From Corallochytrium limacisporum Hawaii (taxonomy: Eukaryota > Protista > Pluriformea), in assembly GCA_002811645.1 (NCBI GenBank), contig PDIP01000051.1:175014-239013 (forward strand): 64,000 nucleotides of DNA, given 5' to 3'. This document shows positions 8,027 to 20,740 of this stretch, piece by piece. The position numbers were made by a program, and so were the translations under genes. The stretch's first letter is position 1, and each line of letters opens with the position of its first letter. Under the pieces are notes generated by a model. The model was not told the origin of the DNA. It saw only the letters and a program-made list of their open reading frames with translations, and did not search any database.

Positions 8027-10963
8027 CTAGAAATTGGCGTAGATGGCGTTGTTCTTTCCGGCTCGTCGGCCGTTTCCGCGCTGCTGCTGCAGCATCGTGC
8101 GGTTAGAGTAGATGGACGATGAGTCTTGTTGCATCGGTTGTTCCTGGAAGTCCACAATGGACACACCACGATTAGCATGGACGCGCTGACCATGCTGCGC
8201 TTGCAGTTGTTGGTGGTCTGCCACGGGCATGCCCCGATTGGGGTAGGCGCGCTGGCTATGGTACTGTGCCTGCTGTTGGTGGTGGTCTGCTACGGACACC
8301 CCGCGACCTTGGTAGGCGCGCTGGCCGCGAACAACGGGGGGTCCATCCGTGTGTCGTAGAATGGCGTCCTTGTTCGAATAGTACGAATTTTCGGTGCCCA
8401 CCGATCCAGCAGGGGACGATGGTACCGCTTGGGCTTGTCCGACAGCGCTGGCAGGGCGGCGCAGAATGGCCGCACGGTTGGAGTAATGCGAGCTGTCAGC
8501 CGTTGACGACTTTGACTCCAAGGTCTCGCGGTTGGCATAGTGGCGTAGGATCGCATCCTCTGTGGTCATAGTTCCGTGCATGCTCAGTGTGCCGCGACTC
8601 TCGGCGAAATGCACAGAGTTGGGCACGGAGGCTGCACTTGTGAAACTGTGGTTCTCTGGCAGCTGTCCATACTGCTGGGGGTGCTGCTGCTGCTGCTGCT
8701 GCTGCACCGTCTGACGTAGTTCGTCGATGTTCTCGTATGGGCTGTCTTCGTCATTCTCGCTTTCCTCTTCGGGCGCGGCGGCTGTGGTGCTGCGGCTGAG
8801 GGTAGTGGGCACCACATAACCCAGGTCAAGCGACGATTTCTTCTTCGTCTGCTCTTGCCCTTTGCCAGGCACGGCATTGCGATCGTCTCCGCTTCTGCTG
8901 CCCTCGCTGCTGCCACTGCTTTCGCTGATTCCGTTCGGAGCGGTGGTGTGGCTGCCACTGCGACCGCCTGTGAATGTCGAGTACGGGCTCGGAGCCATCG
9001 CTCCTTGCTGCTGATCATGGTACAGCCCCAATTCGCGGAGATCAACTGCGTCATATTCGTTGACAGGACTGAAAGCTGTTCCTTCGTAGGTGTGTGCTGC
9101 CTCGTGATGACCGCCGCTTGCGGTCCAGGCTGGGCTCGGATCAGAGTGCGTGTTGTCGGAAGGAGTGGAAACATGGCGGCTTTGATGACTGCGGCTCTGG
9201 CTGCTGGTGGAGCCATCGATCGAAGAGTCCAAGGAACGCTGAGAATACACCTCTGACGTGCGGAATTTGCTGCTGCCAACGCGTGATATCTGAACCACGC
9301 TTCGGTTCGGCAGCAAGTCAGCTCGACGCTTCCGGCGCCGGTGCGAGCGGATGTATAAGGTAAGCCCAATCGCAGCCACAACCACCGCACCTCCAACGGA
9401 GGCACCAATGATAATATACAGCTCAGTGTTACTCTTGGAGGTTGAGCCACCGCCATCCGGGTTCACGGGCCCGTTTTGGTCTTCGGTCTGTATACTTATT
9501 AACTCAAACTCCGAGATTCCGACCTCCGTCGCGAGTGTACCGTCAGAGATCGTCGACGAATACTCTTGACTATACGAGTTCACGTGGTTAGCATCAACGT
9601 TGACGACTGTAACGTCGTAGCTCTCTGATGCAGTCTGGCGCCGGTTCTTACTGCTTTGAACCTTTGAGCGCTCTTGCACGGTCACAAAGTTCTCCTCAAC
9701 TTCGTAAGTCGCTGCCGTACTCATTTTAAGATTGGTCGTCTCCGTCCCATCGAGTGGCTGAGACGCATTGATAATCATTGACACACGAACAAACTTTGTA
9801 GCCGCCGTCGAGGTACTGGAGGTTGTGGTCGTGGTCTTTGACGATGTGGGAGTTGTCGAGGTCGTCGTCGACGTGGTATGAGTGCTCGAGCTGGTGTGCG
9901 AGCTCGATGAGGTCGAGGTCGTCGTGTGAGTGGAGGTTGTGCTCGACGTCGAGGTAGTGGTAGACGTGCTCGACGTCGACGTAGTCGTACTCGTTGGGGT
10001 GGTTGATGTGGTCGTCGATGTGGTCGTCGATGTGGTCGTTGATGTGCTTGTTGGGGTGGTCGTTGATGTGGTCGTTGATGTGGTCGTTGATGTGGTCGTT
10101 GATGTGGTCGTTGACGTGTTCGTTGACGTGGTCGTTGACGTGGTCGTTGATGTGGGGGTGGTAGTCGTGGTTGTGCTTGAAGTTGAGTTTGTGGGTAGTC
10201 CATCCAAAGTTTCCCTCATGAATGGCTGTCCAAGGTCAATTTCCGAGTCAGCAACATAGGTTTCCAGCCACGACGATCCCAGCTTTGTCCGGTCTGTGAC
10301 AGGCTCCACCACCAGTTCCCCAAGTGTGTGATCGTAATAGAGTCCATCACTGGGTTGGCATCCCGAAGTTAGTAGTGAGCACTTACTCCGGATGATGCGC
10401 GGCTGGCGCTGCTGTGCAACACCCAGAGACCAGGTCTGATCGCTACCGGCCAGACCTTGGGAAGTCAACATTGGATCGGCGTAGACCACGGACTTAAGGT
10501 CGTCATTAAACTCCAAAATGTCTAGTACCAGACCTGTACGGGTGTCCATCAATCTTCCATCATCGTCCAACTTAAAGAGGGCGGTGCCACTATCTTCACA
10601 CTCAAGAAGGCCCACAGTGTCCCAGTTTTCGTCCTCGAACTTTCTTCCGCTGGCAATGCATCCTTTTGAAGCCGCATTCTGCAGTTTGAAGGGTTGAGGA
10701 TGCGTTCCATCACTGTCTGTTTGGTCCACAGCAACACATGTGCCCGTTCCCTGTATGTCGCAGGTCAGACCCGCACCGCACCGCTTCGATCCCACGGCGT
10801 CACAGGGGTCACCCACATCCAGCGCATACAGATCGCACACGCCCGTGCTACTGCAGTAGTCTTGATTTGAACACTGATAGTCATCAGTGCAAGCCTGTGC
10901 TGAGGCCCCCTGGCTGGTCATTACCAGGAGGCCCACCATGGCAGAGACTATCTTCCTATCCAT
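8027..10963 (-). CDS. Type I membrane receptor-like protein: Cys-rich + ricin-B-like ectodomain, Thr/Ser mucin stalk, TM, Tyr-motif-rich disordered tail
   Basis: ATG at 10963 gives signal peptide MDRKIVSAMVGLLVMTSQGASA; Cys-rich segment; FKLQNAASKGCI...DQTW (QxW); about 130-aa T/S tract; TM LYIIIGASVGGAVVVAAIGLTLYI followed by RSHRRRKRR. Confidence 0.85.
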   Translation of the reverse strand: MDRKIVSAMVGLLVMTSQGASAQACTDDYQCSNQDYCSSTGVCDLYALDVGDPCDAVGSKRCGAGLTCDIQGTGTCVAVDQTDSDGTHPQPFKLQNAASKGCIASGRKFEDENWDTVGLLECEDSGTALFKLDDDGRLMDTRTGLVLDILEFNDDLKSVVYADPMLTSQGLAGSDQTWSLGVAQQRQPRIIRSKCSLLTSGCQPSDGLYYDHTLGELVVEPVTDRTKLGSSWLETYVADSEIDLGQPFMRETLDGLPTNSTSSTTTTTTPTSTTTSTTTSTNTSTTTSTTTSTTTSTTTSTTTPTSTSTTTSTTTSTTTSTTPTSTTTSTSSTSTTTSTSSTTSTHTTTSTSSSSHTSSSTHTTSTTTSTTPTSSKTTTTTSSTSTAATKFVRVSMIINASQPLDGTETTNLKMSTAATYEVEENFVTVQERSKVQSSKNRRQTASESYDVTVVNVDANHVNSYSQEYSSTISDGTLATEVGISEFELISIQTEDQNGPVNPDGGGSTSKSNTELYIIIGASVGGAVVVAAIGLTLYIRSHRRRKRRADLLPNRSVVQISRVGSSKFRTSEVYSQRSLDSSIDGSTSSQSRSHQSRHVSTPSDNTHSDPSPAWTASGGHHEAAHTYEGTAFSPVNEYDAVDLRELGLYHDQQQGAMAPSPYSTFTGGRSGSHTTAPNGISESSGSSEGSRSGDDRNAVPGKGQEQTKKKSSLDLGYVVPTTLSRSTTAAAPEEESENDEDSPYENIDELRQTVQQQQQQQHPQQYGQLPENHSFTSAASVPNSVHFAESRGTLSMHGTMTTEDAILRHYANRETLESKSSTADSSHYSNRAAILRRPASAVGQAQAVPSSPAGSVGTENSYYSNKDAILRHTDGPPVVRGQRAYQGRGVSVADHHQQQAQYHSQRAYPNRGMPVADHQQLQAQHGQRVHANRGVSIVDFQEQPMQQDSSSIYSNRTMLQQQRGNGRRAGKNNAIYANF
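10006..10153. repeat. Coding 12-bp tandem repeat (GATGTGGTCGTT-like) encoding TTTS units of the mucin stalk
   Basis: Near-perfect tandem copies inside the 8027-10963 CDS. Confidence 0.85.
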
Positions 10964-13900
10964 GGTTTCTGTGTGTATAGGTGTACCGCTTACAGACCTT
11001 TCCAAAGATCTCCGTTGTTCTTTACCCTAAATCCTTTCTTTAGTTTGGTCTTCTCGAATTTCCTTCAATCATGACATTGAGTGCTTTCCCTTGTACGCTT
11101 TATTGTTCAAAATTGTTCCGATTGGTTTCACGGCATACGTACTCGGGCCTTTGGTTTAATACTAGAGTGATCCTTTTCTCATCCTTTCGTAGCTTACAAG
11201 TGATCCGTGTGTGGTCCACATGGATCAAATCCCTAAGACAAATTAAAATGAGAATCTGAACTTCGCACCAATTGAAACAACATTGGCCCGCATGTGCCTG
11301 TGTGTTGTCATCCGGTACCATGAAGCACAACCAAGCAACAACATTCTGAGAACCTGTCAGTGCCTTTGCTCCAACAATGAGTGTGGGCAAGACCCTGTGT
11401 TCCGAAGGAAGGGAGAGAGAGGGGGGGAAAGGAGGCCTCCCCCTCCCCCCGCGAGGGGGGGGGAAGAGGCGGGGGAGGCCCACCGTGCGGATGACAAGAG
11501 TGAGCAAGGTGATGCGTTGGAGAGGATCTGCGAATTGCTTCCAAAACGTCTGGATGAGCCAGCATGCATTGAGTACTACTGGAGGTTAGCAGCTTGTACA
11601 GAGGACAGCGTTGGATGTTCTAGTGTCTAGGCTCCCGGCGTTCTGTTGAGAGTAGCTCAGCCGTTTCGTTCCATTGGCGAGAGAGCGAGAGTGAAGTGGT
11701 CTGAATTCGCGAACCGAGAGCGCTTGAATGCTACAAACAAGATCCGAGTTTGGTAACATTTTACATGGGCCATGGGAATGTAAGGCAACTGTAAGCTATC
11801 TGAGTAGGTGAGGGACAATATTGTACGCGGCTTTCCGAAATCGATGATAACGACGATGACGACGACGGTTGGAAGCCCACTTGTGATGACGAAGGCGTCG
11901 ATACTTCCCCGGTCCTAATTTACAAATTTAGTGGCACTCACGCTCACGAAGGCAACATTTAGTAACACTTCTACAACACCCGAGCCAACCGGTTCTCCCC
12001 CTTTCCCGTGGAGGGAGGGGGGTATCGCGGCGTTTGCGGCGATCGCATGGTGCACGATCCGAGAACCATCATCCACTTGTACAACATTAGCTGGGGCATA
12101 GTTTCGGCGTATACGTCCAGGTACCATGTTCTCGTGTGTGTGTGTGTGAGTAGATAAGGTGTGCGTGTGGTTAGTTTGGAAAACGCCGGGCGACAAATGA
12201 CAACGCCTGCGCAAACACCCAGTCCCCAAACTGAACCGGAGAGATTGCGGGGACGGGCCGAAAAAGCCCGGAAACATCAAAAGAAATCTCCTCTCCCCCG
12301 GGTATTGAGAACCCCACCACCAACTGTCCGATTCTACAGCAGTAGAATAAGGCTGATATTACCCTCCCGGGGGTGAAACATTTGTTTTGCGGTGTGTGTA
12401 TCAGACAACCCCGCCATCGTCAAAGAAAACCCAAAATAAACCCTGGCATGTGTGCGTTTGCATTCCGCGCAATACACACGCCACAGAGAGAGAGAGTGAG
12501 TGAGAGAGCGCGGGGAGAGCAGTGAGCGAGGAGGGAGGGAGACACTGCACAGGCAGCTCCGACAATAAAAAACCCCAGCAAAAGCGACTAGCAAAATAGC
12601 CAAGACCCCTCCTCCGCCTCTCTCCCCCCTCCCTGTGGCAGGGGTGGACTGGCTTTTTTAAGTATATCTTCTTCTCCTTCCCCTCCCCTCCCCCTCATTT
12701 TTTTTTTGCCGATGGCCGAACCGATGCTGATAACACAAACTGATCGGGGTGAAACACGCCTTAACCCCAGTACCCAAATACAGGAAACGAATTTGGGGTG
12801 CAAAGGTGGCGGTGGATGGGTTATATCTTCTCTTTTCGGCCAGTGTTTTCTTATTTCGGGTACTTTCTTTGCTGGAATTATTGTGGCCCGGGTAGCTGGG
12901 GAGGCACCCTTCCCCAGCCACTATTATAGGGTACCATCGGAACCCTGGGGGGGGGGGGAGCTGTTCATTCGAACGGCTAAGCAAAAAATTTCTCCATAAT
13001 AAAATCACGACCCCTCCCGCCAAAATCTTACGCGGCACACATTCACACACTCCTCTCGCTCTCTTCCGTGTTTGTCAAGGAAAAAGAGAAAAAAAAAGGA
13101 AAGAAAAATCTATGCAAAAAAAACCTTTACTCTTTCCTTCGGTGAAAGATCTGGGTATACTGACTGGTCCCCCCCTTTGTCCGTCCTGCGCGACTGGGGG
13201 GGCACCGGGCTTTTCGTTCTGAGAGATATGACCATATCAAGGCACACGTGGAGAGAAAAAGGAAAGTCTTAAAAACTACATCCGAATCGTATATTGGAGT
13301 ATGATATATGCGTGAATAATATATATTATATGGAACTATCTGGACAGGCTGTGCATATTTTGGCGTCTAGAGAAATTCCAGAAATCAGAATCACGGCAGC
13401 AAATTTGGTGGTAATTCGCGTGAAGAGTATAGGTCAGATTGGCCCATCTAAGCTATCCGATACCCCTTAGGCATATCTAATATATGAGAGGCGATCTCAA
13501 TTTCTGTACCCTTGTCCATAACAGCCACTGCCGCCGCGAGAGAAAATTCTTGGCCCCGCTCTTCCGCTTCCCCGTTAGGGCCTCTCCTTCCCCCGGGTTT
13601 ATTCAGGCCGCTGGCGCTACCTCTAGCCCCAGGGTCCGTTATTTCATTCATGGCGTTCTTGACCTTGTTTGGGGCCCCGGCGGATGATGGGGGAGGAGGA
13701 AAGGACAAACGAGAAGGCTGGCGATCGGAAGGAGAGAGAGAGAGAAAAGGGGGTAGGGGGGCGCCCTGTGCCCGAAGGTGCAGGGGAGCGAGGGAGAGTT
13801 TGGGTGCGAGCACCCTTGCAGTACTGAACCTTCAGCGTCTTGTTGGGGCCGATTCACTGGTTTTGGCGTGTGTGTGTGTGCTTGGCTGCCGCTTTTGCGG

Positions 13901-16900
13901 CTTCAGGTGTGTGGCCCGTGCGTGCGCTCGTGGGCGGTGCAAAAAGAGGGGAGAAAAAAAGTAACCCTGGGCAAGGGTTTCTTCCTCGCTCCCGATCGGT
14001 AGTGAATGTACTAGTGCGCATTATTTTTGGTGAAAACGAACGAAATGGCGTACAAATACACCCAGGTGCCCAGGGGACACCGGTAGTGTTTCGCCCTTGA
14101 TGTGACCTAGGCGTGATGAGCATAAATAGGCCCCGGACCGTATTCGCAGGCGCCAAGCGCAGGTGGAAGTGACGGTCGGATGGGGGAGGCGCAGAGTTGG
14201 TGGCGGGCCGAGCCCTGCAGCCCAAATGGCTTTTACCACTGTGCTACCGCACATCAGGCAGCAAGCAGTCAATGTGTCTTCCTATTTTCGAAGGAAAGTG
14301 TGTCCGGGCCCGAGATGACCATGTAGCGGCGCTTCCTGGTTGTTACGAACCGCTCCCGAATGACGCTGGTGATGTCGGACGTTTTCTGGAGATGGGTGAT
14401 GGGGAATGCTGCAGAAATCTGTTCCTTCGTGGGGACGCGGGAGTGTTTGTGTATGTATTATTTCTTTGCTGGGAAATGCGGACATTCTTCGCAGATAAAA
14501 GGGATATGATCATGGCCTGAAAAACAACGGCAACGATGTTACAGCGGTGCCCTGAACACGCGTATACACGACACATACTCTAACACCACGGCCACAACAT
14601 GATGGGGCCGTACCATTACTATCCGTCACTACTCAAAGTAGAACGTCAGTTTCAACCTGTGGTATTGGCTAAAGGTCTTGATCTGAAGGTTTCTGATCAT
14701 GCGCTGATTGGAGAGATGGGGCCCAGTATGAAAACATCACGGGCCATCGGAGATAATCTCAGGTAGTCCAAGTGCCCTGCACCCACGGTCCTCGCAGGAC
14801 TGGCTTTTTGTTTGTACAACCAGGAGTGCATACAATTTGCTCTCTATAGGAAACCCTCCGGGATCGCAGCACATGTGAAATTCCCGTACCCAAAGTACGA
14901 CAACCGGATAATTTTGACCTTTTCCTCCGGCCTCTGAAAGTGTGAAAACATCATGGCCTGAGAGTTACCAGCATGCTCATTCAACCAACGGGAAAAAACT
15001 ACATCCTTCACAGTCTACCATGCTCGCTCGCTCGGGTCACGCCTTTCTCCAGTACGACGTTGAGGCGAATGACTAGTGTGCGCGCTTAAAAACGCGGTGC
15101 ACACATGGCGTCGTCGTGCGAGGTCGGGAAGAGTGTGACGCGCTCATATCATAATGGCAAGAAACCCTTCCCGCAGCTCCAATGTCGGCGTTTGGCGCTC
15201 AAGCTCTTCCTGACGGTTGGCGGCCAACATGGTTCGTCATGGCAATGGATTGATCAGTTTTGGCGGGCAAAACAATCTTGAGCAAGTTGCGCGCAAAAAA
15301 TTGAGCGCTCTTCCGTCGGCGCGAAAAATCAATCGATTTTCTAAAGTAACCTCCATTCTCATCAAGCAGGTGTGGTATGAGAGGAGAGGGTTTACAGGCA
15401 GGGAGAACATTACCCCAAAGGTCTCTCTTTTCCCGTTGTTTTTTTTTCTTTTTCTTTTTTTTTTGCCCTGCGTGTTTCGTTGAACCTGCATCTCCCTTTC
15501 CCACTTCCCCCATCGGAACCATCGCAGCTTCCATTTACCCACCAGCCGCGCCCCCTGTGTTTTACTTTCATTCCCTGTGATATTTTTCGCCCCCAGAGAG
15601 AGGGGGGGGGGGCCGGCCCTGCTCTCTCCCTCACACACACACACGCCCGCATGTCGCTCTCCGTCCGCAGGGGCCTCCTCCCTCCATTCCTCCCCCTTGG
15701 CCGGGGGGACCAGGTGTCCATGTTTTCGCGCCAAAATTTCAAAGGGGAAGGAGGTCCTGCTCCAGGGAGAGCAGGTCAGGGTTTGGGGACCAAAAGGAAA
15801 GAAAACGGGCGGGAAAAGTATGGGGGTCCCCGAACGTTTCCCCGGAGAGTTTGATACTGCTTTGATGATGCTCCCCTGTCACACACGCCATTCCGTCTGC
15901 CAGGGCCCGCAACAGAATGGAGAGCCTTTGCCCGTTTGATGATGATGACAACAATGCCCATCCGGTAGCGTAGTTGTACATCGGATTGGTTTGGCGTGTG
16001 AGATGTGCACGGCAGCGAAACGGATTCCAAAAGGATGGGAGCACAGGACGCATCAATTTATGTCCACAAGCACCCTATGGCGGTCTCTTGCTTGATTCCC
16101 GCCTCATCTCGCACCATGTGTGAGAGCGAAGCCTGACTATTGGAACTGAGTGAATCAATCAATTGCAAGACGGCCAACTGCGCGATCGAGGAAAAACATT
16201 TCGGAGAATCAATCCGCCCCTTCGTTCATACAGTGAACATACCGGGACAATTATAGAAAGTGATGACCCACAACGAAGGGAAGAATTCCTTTTGGTCGGC
16301 AAGATCTCACTCTGACCTTATAGTGAAAGTACGTAATAGAAAGGGAGGGGGCATGTCTCCAAATAAAATTGAGTGGTTGAATAGACAAATCCGCGAAATA
16401 TATAATGAATGTACTTAAAAAGTTGAGGCGCAGGATGTCATAAATAAATATTCTAAGTTAAATACGAATACGTTCCCAGTTTGACAGAGAGATCTCAAAT
16501 CTTTCGTTCCCGGCTCGAGTACGTTCACTATGAATTTCCACAGAGATATTTCTCGTTCTTCCGTATCTCTCTCCTGGCGTTTCCTTCTGGTGGAGAGCTG
16601 CGGGTTTTCCATTTTCCGCTTCTTTTGGAGAGACAGGCCGGGTGGCACGAAGATTTCGGGCCCCGAGCGCGGACACCAACCACCAACAGGCCAGGACAAA
16701 ACGCTTCACGCTCCTTGCGTTGGTATTTTCTTGTCCAGAATGGATGCACCAAACACAGACGAAAGTGGAAGTGTGTAACCGTAGCACTCCCGTAACGTGT
16801 AAAGCTTCGGGGCCGCACTGTCATTGATATATTTGGGAAAGGACAGAGGACCTCTGAGATCGAAATCACTGTGCAAGCATGCAGCCAGCATGTTCTCTTT

Positions 16901-17024
16901 CGCTGTCTGTTATTCCGATTATTGTATTATCGCCATTGTGTCGTTGCCAAGTTATGTAGTTTCCTTTGAACACTATTGAGTCCCCTGGTAGCTGTCGAGG
17001 GGAGCCCAAGTGGAACTGTGAGTC

Positions 17025-17026
<2 letters not shown>

Positions 17027-17061
<35 letters not shown>

Positions 17062-17100
17062 GCACACAAACACACGGGCGCACACGTACACCACACATCT
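17027..17100. repeat. (CA)n microsatellite
   Basis: Long acacac run with a degenerate tail. Confidence 0.9.
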
Positions 17101-17842
17101 CTCTCCAAAGTAAGGGCACGCAGCGCAAGTTCTTTGTTTTAACAAGAGTGTTTGTGTTGTTGTTTCTTCTTTTAGATGCGCCCACGTTGGGTGGTGGCCA
17201 GAAAAAGCTGCTCTGCTCCTGTCATGCTTAAAATGTCAGTCAGCCATGTGCAGCCTCCGGGGGCCTCACACGTCCCCCGCCTCACCGCAGAACCAAAGAC
17301 AAAAAAGAAAAGCAGAATAAAACAAAAAATTGGCACCGAAAAAAAGGAGGAGGAGGGGGGGGGTGTTTGGGACAAAGTTCTCGATCGGCGTCCGGTTTAC
17401 ACACACTCCGCCGCCCCCCCTCCCTCCTCCCCTTCCCTCTATCAGTTCGATAAACACGTGCTCCCAGTACATTTTCAAGGGTATTCTTGGCCAGTTAATA
17501 TTGGCGCGAAAAGTTTGAAGAGGCTGGGACCCCCTCCCAAGTAGAGAAAGGGGGGGGAGAGGGGGAGAGGAAGGGCAGATTTTAAGCTTTTCGTGATTTT
17601 TTATCTTTCTCCTTTTCCAGAGGTGGCTTTTCAAAATATTTTTCCTGTGGACTGGGTGGGCGTCTGTGCGTTTGTGTGTTACTTTTCTTTTGGAAGAAAA
17701 CGTTGACCATAGAGAAGCAACCAACAAGCCAAAAGTGCGACACAACATTTTATTTTCTGGCTTTTTTTGTGGAAAAAAAATAGTACCCCCGGGGGCGGGG
17801 GGGTGTTTGCTATTTCTTGGCTTTCGAGCGCGTAGCGGCGGG

Positions 17843-18017
17843 GTGGTGGTGGTGGTGGTGGTGGTGGTGTGTGCGTGTGTGTGCAAGCTCTTGCTGCGCA
17901 GTCCTTTGGAACAGGCAAGAACCAGGAAACCAGCTCGAGGGCGGATTGATTCCATCGAAAACCTACGCACCCCTGGTACAGGTTTTTTTTCTGGAAGGTG
18001 TTGCATGCGCGCCATGG

Positions 18018-18048
<31 letters not shown>

Positions 18049-18178
18049 GGGTGCTGGAAACGGACTCCCCCGGTCCCCGTGCCCGGTCCGCGTGTCTAAT
18101 TATCTTTGGAGTTGGAGAACCGCGAGTTTCTCTATGCGTGCGTGCGTGCGTGCGTGTGTGTGTGTGTGTCTCTCTCTC
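17843..18178. repeat. Microsatellite cluster: (GGT)n, (TG)n, (GCGT)n, (TC)n
   Basis: Runs near 17843-17868, 18021-18047 and 18135-18178. Confidence 0.85.
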
Positions 18179-19053
18179 ACATTTTTTTTTGGGTCGTTGA
18201 CTCATCGTCTCCGTGGAAAGAAGTAAAAAAACAAGAAACCAAATGGAATAATATTAAAACGAAAACTCGCGATCTTTGTTTGCAAAGGACACATATCACC
18301 ACCTCTCCGTGTTGTCCCTCTCTCTCTCTCTCCTTCCCATAATACAATTTTTCTTTCTTTCCTTTTTTTCTTTTTTGTTCTCCTTTCGTTTCCTTTATGG
18401 TTGGGGTGGGGGTGGGTGGGGACTGCGGCATTGCTGTGCGGTCCGGCTCTCCCTCGGACCTCGATTTTTTTCTTTTGAGGGGTCCACCCCCGCCTGGTCC
18501 CCTTCCCCGTGGGGTGCGGCAGACACCCCCCCCGTGGGGGAGGGCTCTCTCCATTTCAACCGTTTCCCGCCAAATCAATACTTTGCCCTTTTCATAGTGA
18601 AACACAGAATCCTTTTTTTCTTTGTCTTGCCAATTCCCTAAAAAAAATCACTTTTTCTGCTTTCTTTCTTTTTTTTTTTGTTTCAGCTGCGCTGGGGTTC
18701 CCCCCTCCCCCCTCCTCCCGCGCACTCGGGTGACGCGGCGACCTGAAAACCCCGGGCCACAACAAACAAAGAGCAAAAAGAGAAATAAAAGAGCAAAGGC
18801 CGAAAGCGCCCCGCCGGGGGGGGGAGGGATAGCACGCGCAGGGATATTTTTCTCCCTTTTTTCTTTCTTTCTTTCTTTGATTATTTTGATTTTTTTGGTT
18901 GGCAAGAAAGCACACCGCCCCTCCTCTCCCCGGGGAGGGCGGGCGACGGTGGGAGACCCCGTTCGGACGCTGTGCGGTTCCTACCGGCCAACCACCCAAA
19001 ATAAAAAAAAGAGAAAAATAACAATCCCCCCCCCCCCCCCCCCCCCCCCCCCC

Positions 19054-19251
19054 NNNNNNNNNNNNNNNNNNNNNNNNNNNNNNNNNNNNNNNNNNNNNNN
19101 NNNNNNNNNNNNNNNNNNNNNNNNNNNNNNNNNNNNNNNNNNNNNNNNNNNNNNNNNNNNNNNNNNNNNNNNNNNNNNNNNNNNNNNNNNNNNNNNNNNN
19201 NNNNNNNNNNNNNNNNNNNNNNNNNNNNNNNNNNNNNNNNNNNNNNNNNNN
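19054..19251. other. Assembly gap flanked by poly-C
   Basis: N run; similar gaps at 27987-28349, 32796-32807, 36989-37223 and 58263-58456, all beside C- or G-rich sequence. Confidence 0.99.
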
Positions 19252-20740
19252 CCCCCCCGGGCCCCTCCGGCCGGCCGGCCGCGTTCTTGTCGCCTTTTTT
19301 ATAAAGGCCCAAAGATAAATAAAGGAAAGACAGGCAAAGAAATTGAAAATCGAACGAGCGAGTGAGAGAGAGAGGGAGACACACACGCACACGCACACGC
19401 ACACACGAAATTGAACGGGGCGGAGTGAGACAGTCCAAAAAAAAACTCACCAAAAGCAAAAAAAAACAAATAAAGGGTCAAGTGCCCGAGTATGTATTTC
19501 TACGGTGGTGGCTATATTTCGTTTAGTATTTTTGGCATGGTTTTGTGTGTGTGTGTGTGTGTTTTAAAATTCATTCAAAGTTTGGTTTTATTTTTGGGTG
19601 AAAGGGAAGAAGGGGGGGGGCGGGGTGAGGTGATACAAGCGCGCGCGCTCTGTGTGTGTGTGTGTGTGTGTTTGGGTGTAGCTATGAGGTTGCCGGGTGC
19701 TGTGTATGTGTGTGTGTCTCTCTCTCTCTTTCCCGTTCCCTAACCGAGCCCCCTCCCTCCTTCCCTTTTTCCTTTTATTTTCGGAGTGTTTGCGCGCCGG
19801 CCCAGGGTTCTCCCCGTAGCCAATCTACTGAGAATGTGATCGCATTGGTTGAAAGAAATGGGAACCCCGATTTATCTGATTTCCTCTTCCCCTCCCCTGC
19901 CTTTTCCTCATTTGCACCGAAAGTGGCTCGCAGTTTTGCATAGCAGCAGTGCCGTATTTTTCCCCTTTTTTTTTCAATTTCATTTCTTTATTCTTTTCTC
20001 TTCTGTCAATTTTTGGGAGGGCGTCGAGAAAGAGCGAGAAAGCGAGAGAGGGAGAGAGGGAAAGAAAAAATGGGCGGGAGATGGAGTCGCTTGCGTTGGG
20101 GGAATTTCCTTCTTTTTTGGAGGGAAGCAGGAAATACCACCGCAACCGCCCTTGCATTTCCTGGTTGGTCCAGTACTGAAAGTACGGAAGGTTCTCCGAC
20201 GACATCACTGCGCGCGAAAGAGTCTCCAACCCAGAAAAATAGAAGAAGAAGAAGAAGAAGGAGGGGGGAAGGGGAAGGGACGGCGCAGCCAAAGCTTAAA
20301 AGCAAAAAAAAGGAGAAAGGGGCGAATTGTTGGTGTGAGACGCCGAGCTTGTATTTTCCCTACTTTGTGCGCCCCCTTTTTTTTCTAAGGTTTCCTTTTC
20401 TTTTTTTTTTTCCTTTCCTGCCTTCTTCTTCTCCGTTGTGTGTCCTCCCGCATAGATTTTCCTTTGGAGACACCGGAGGGGTGGGTGGGGGATGGAACAA
20501 CACCCCACCTCCCTCCTCTCTCCCCCCCTCTTTTTTTTTTTTTTGGTGCGCGGTCGAACTCACAAAACGATTTGTTGTGGCTTTCTTCGCTTCCCTTCTT
20601 CCCCTCCTTTTTTTTTTCTGTCTACCCCTCCCCTCCATTTTTTTCTTTTTCTTTTCTTTTTTTTTGTGGCTAATGCTGCTGCTGCTGTTCGCATTCGCAC
20701 AGGTTTTTCCTTTCCCCGGAGGAGCGAGAGGGGAAGGGAG

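Noticed and set aside
8584-9456. 290-aa alternate-frame ORF inside the receptor gene
   Set aside because: Ala/Arg/Ser-rich frame shadow in GC-rich low-complexity coding sequence.
9930-10200. Regular short repeats resembling a CRISPR array or satellite
   Set aside because: Tandem without unique spacers, in frame within the mucin stalk, eukaryotic context, no cas genes.
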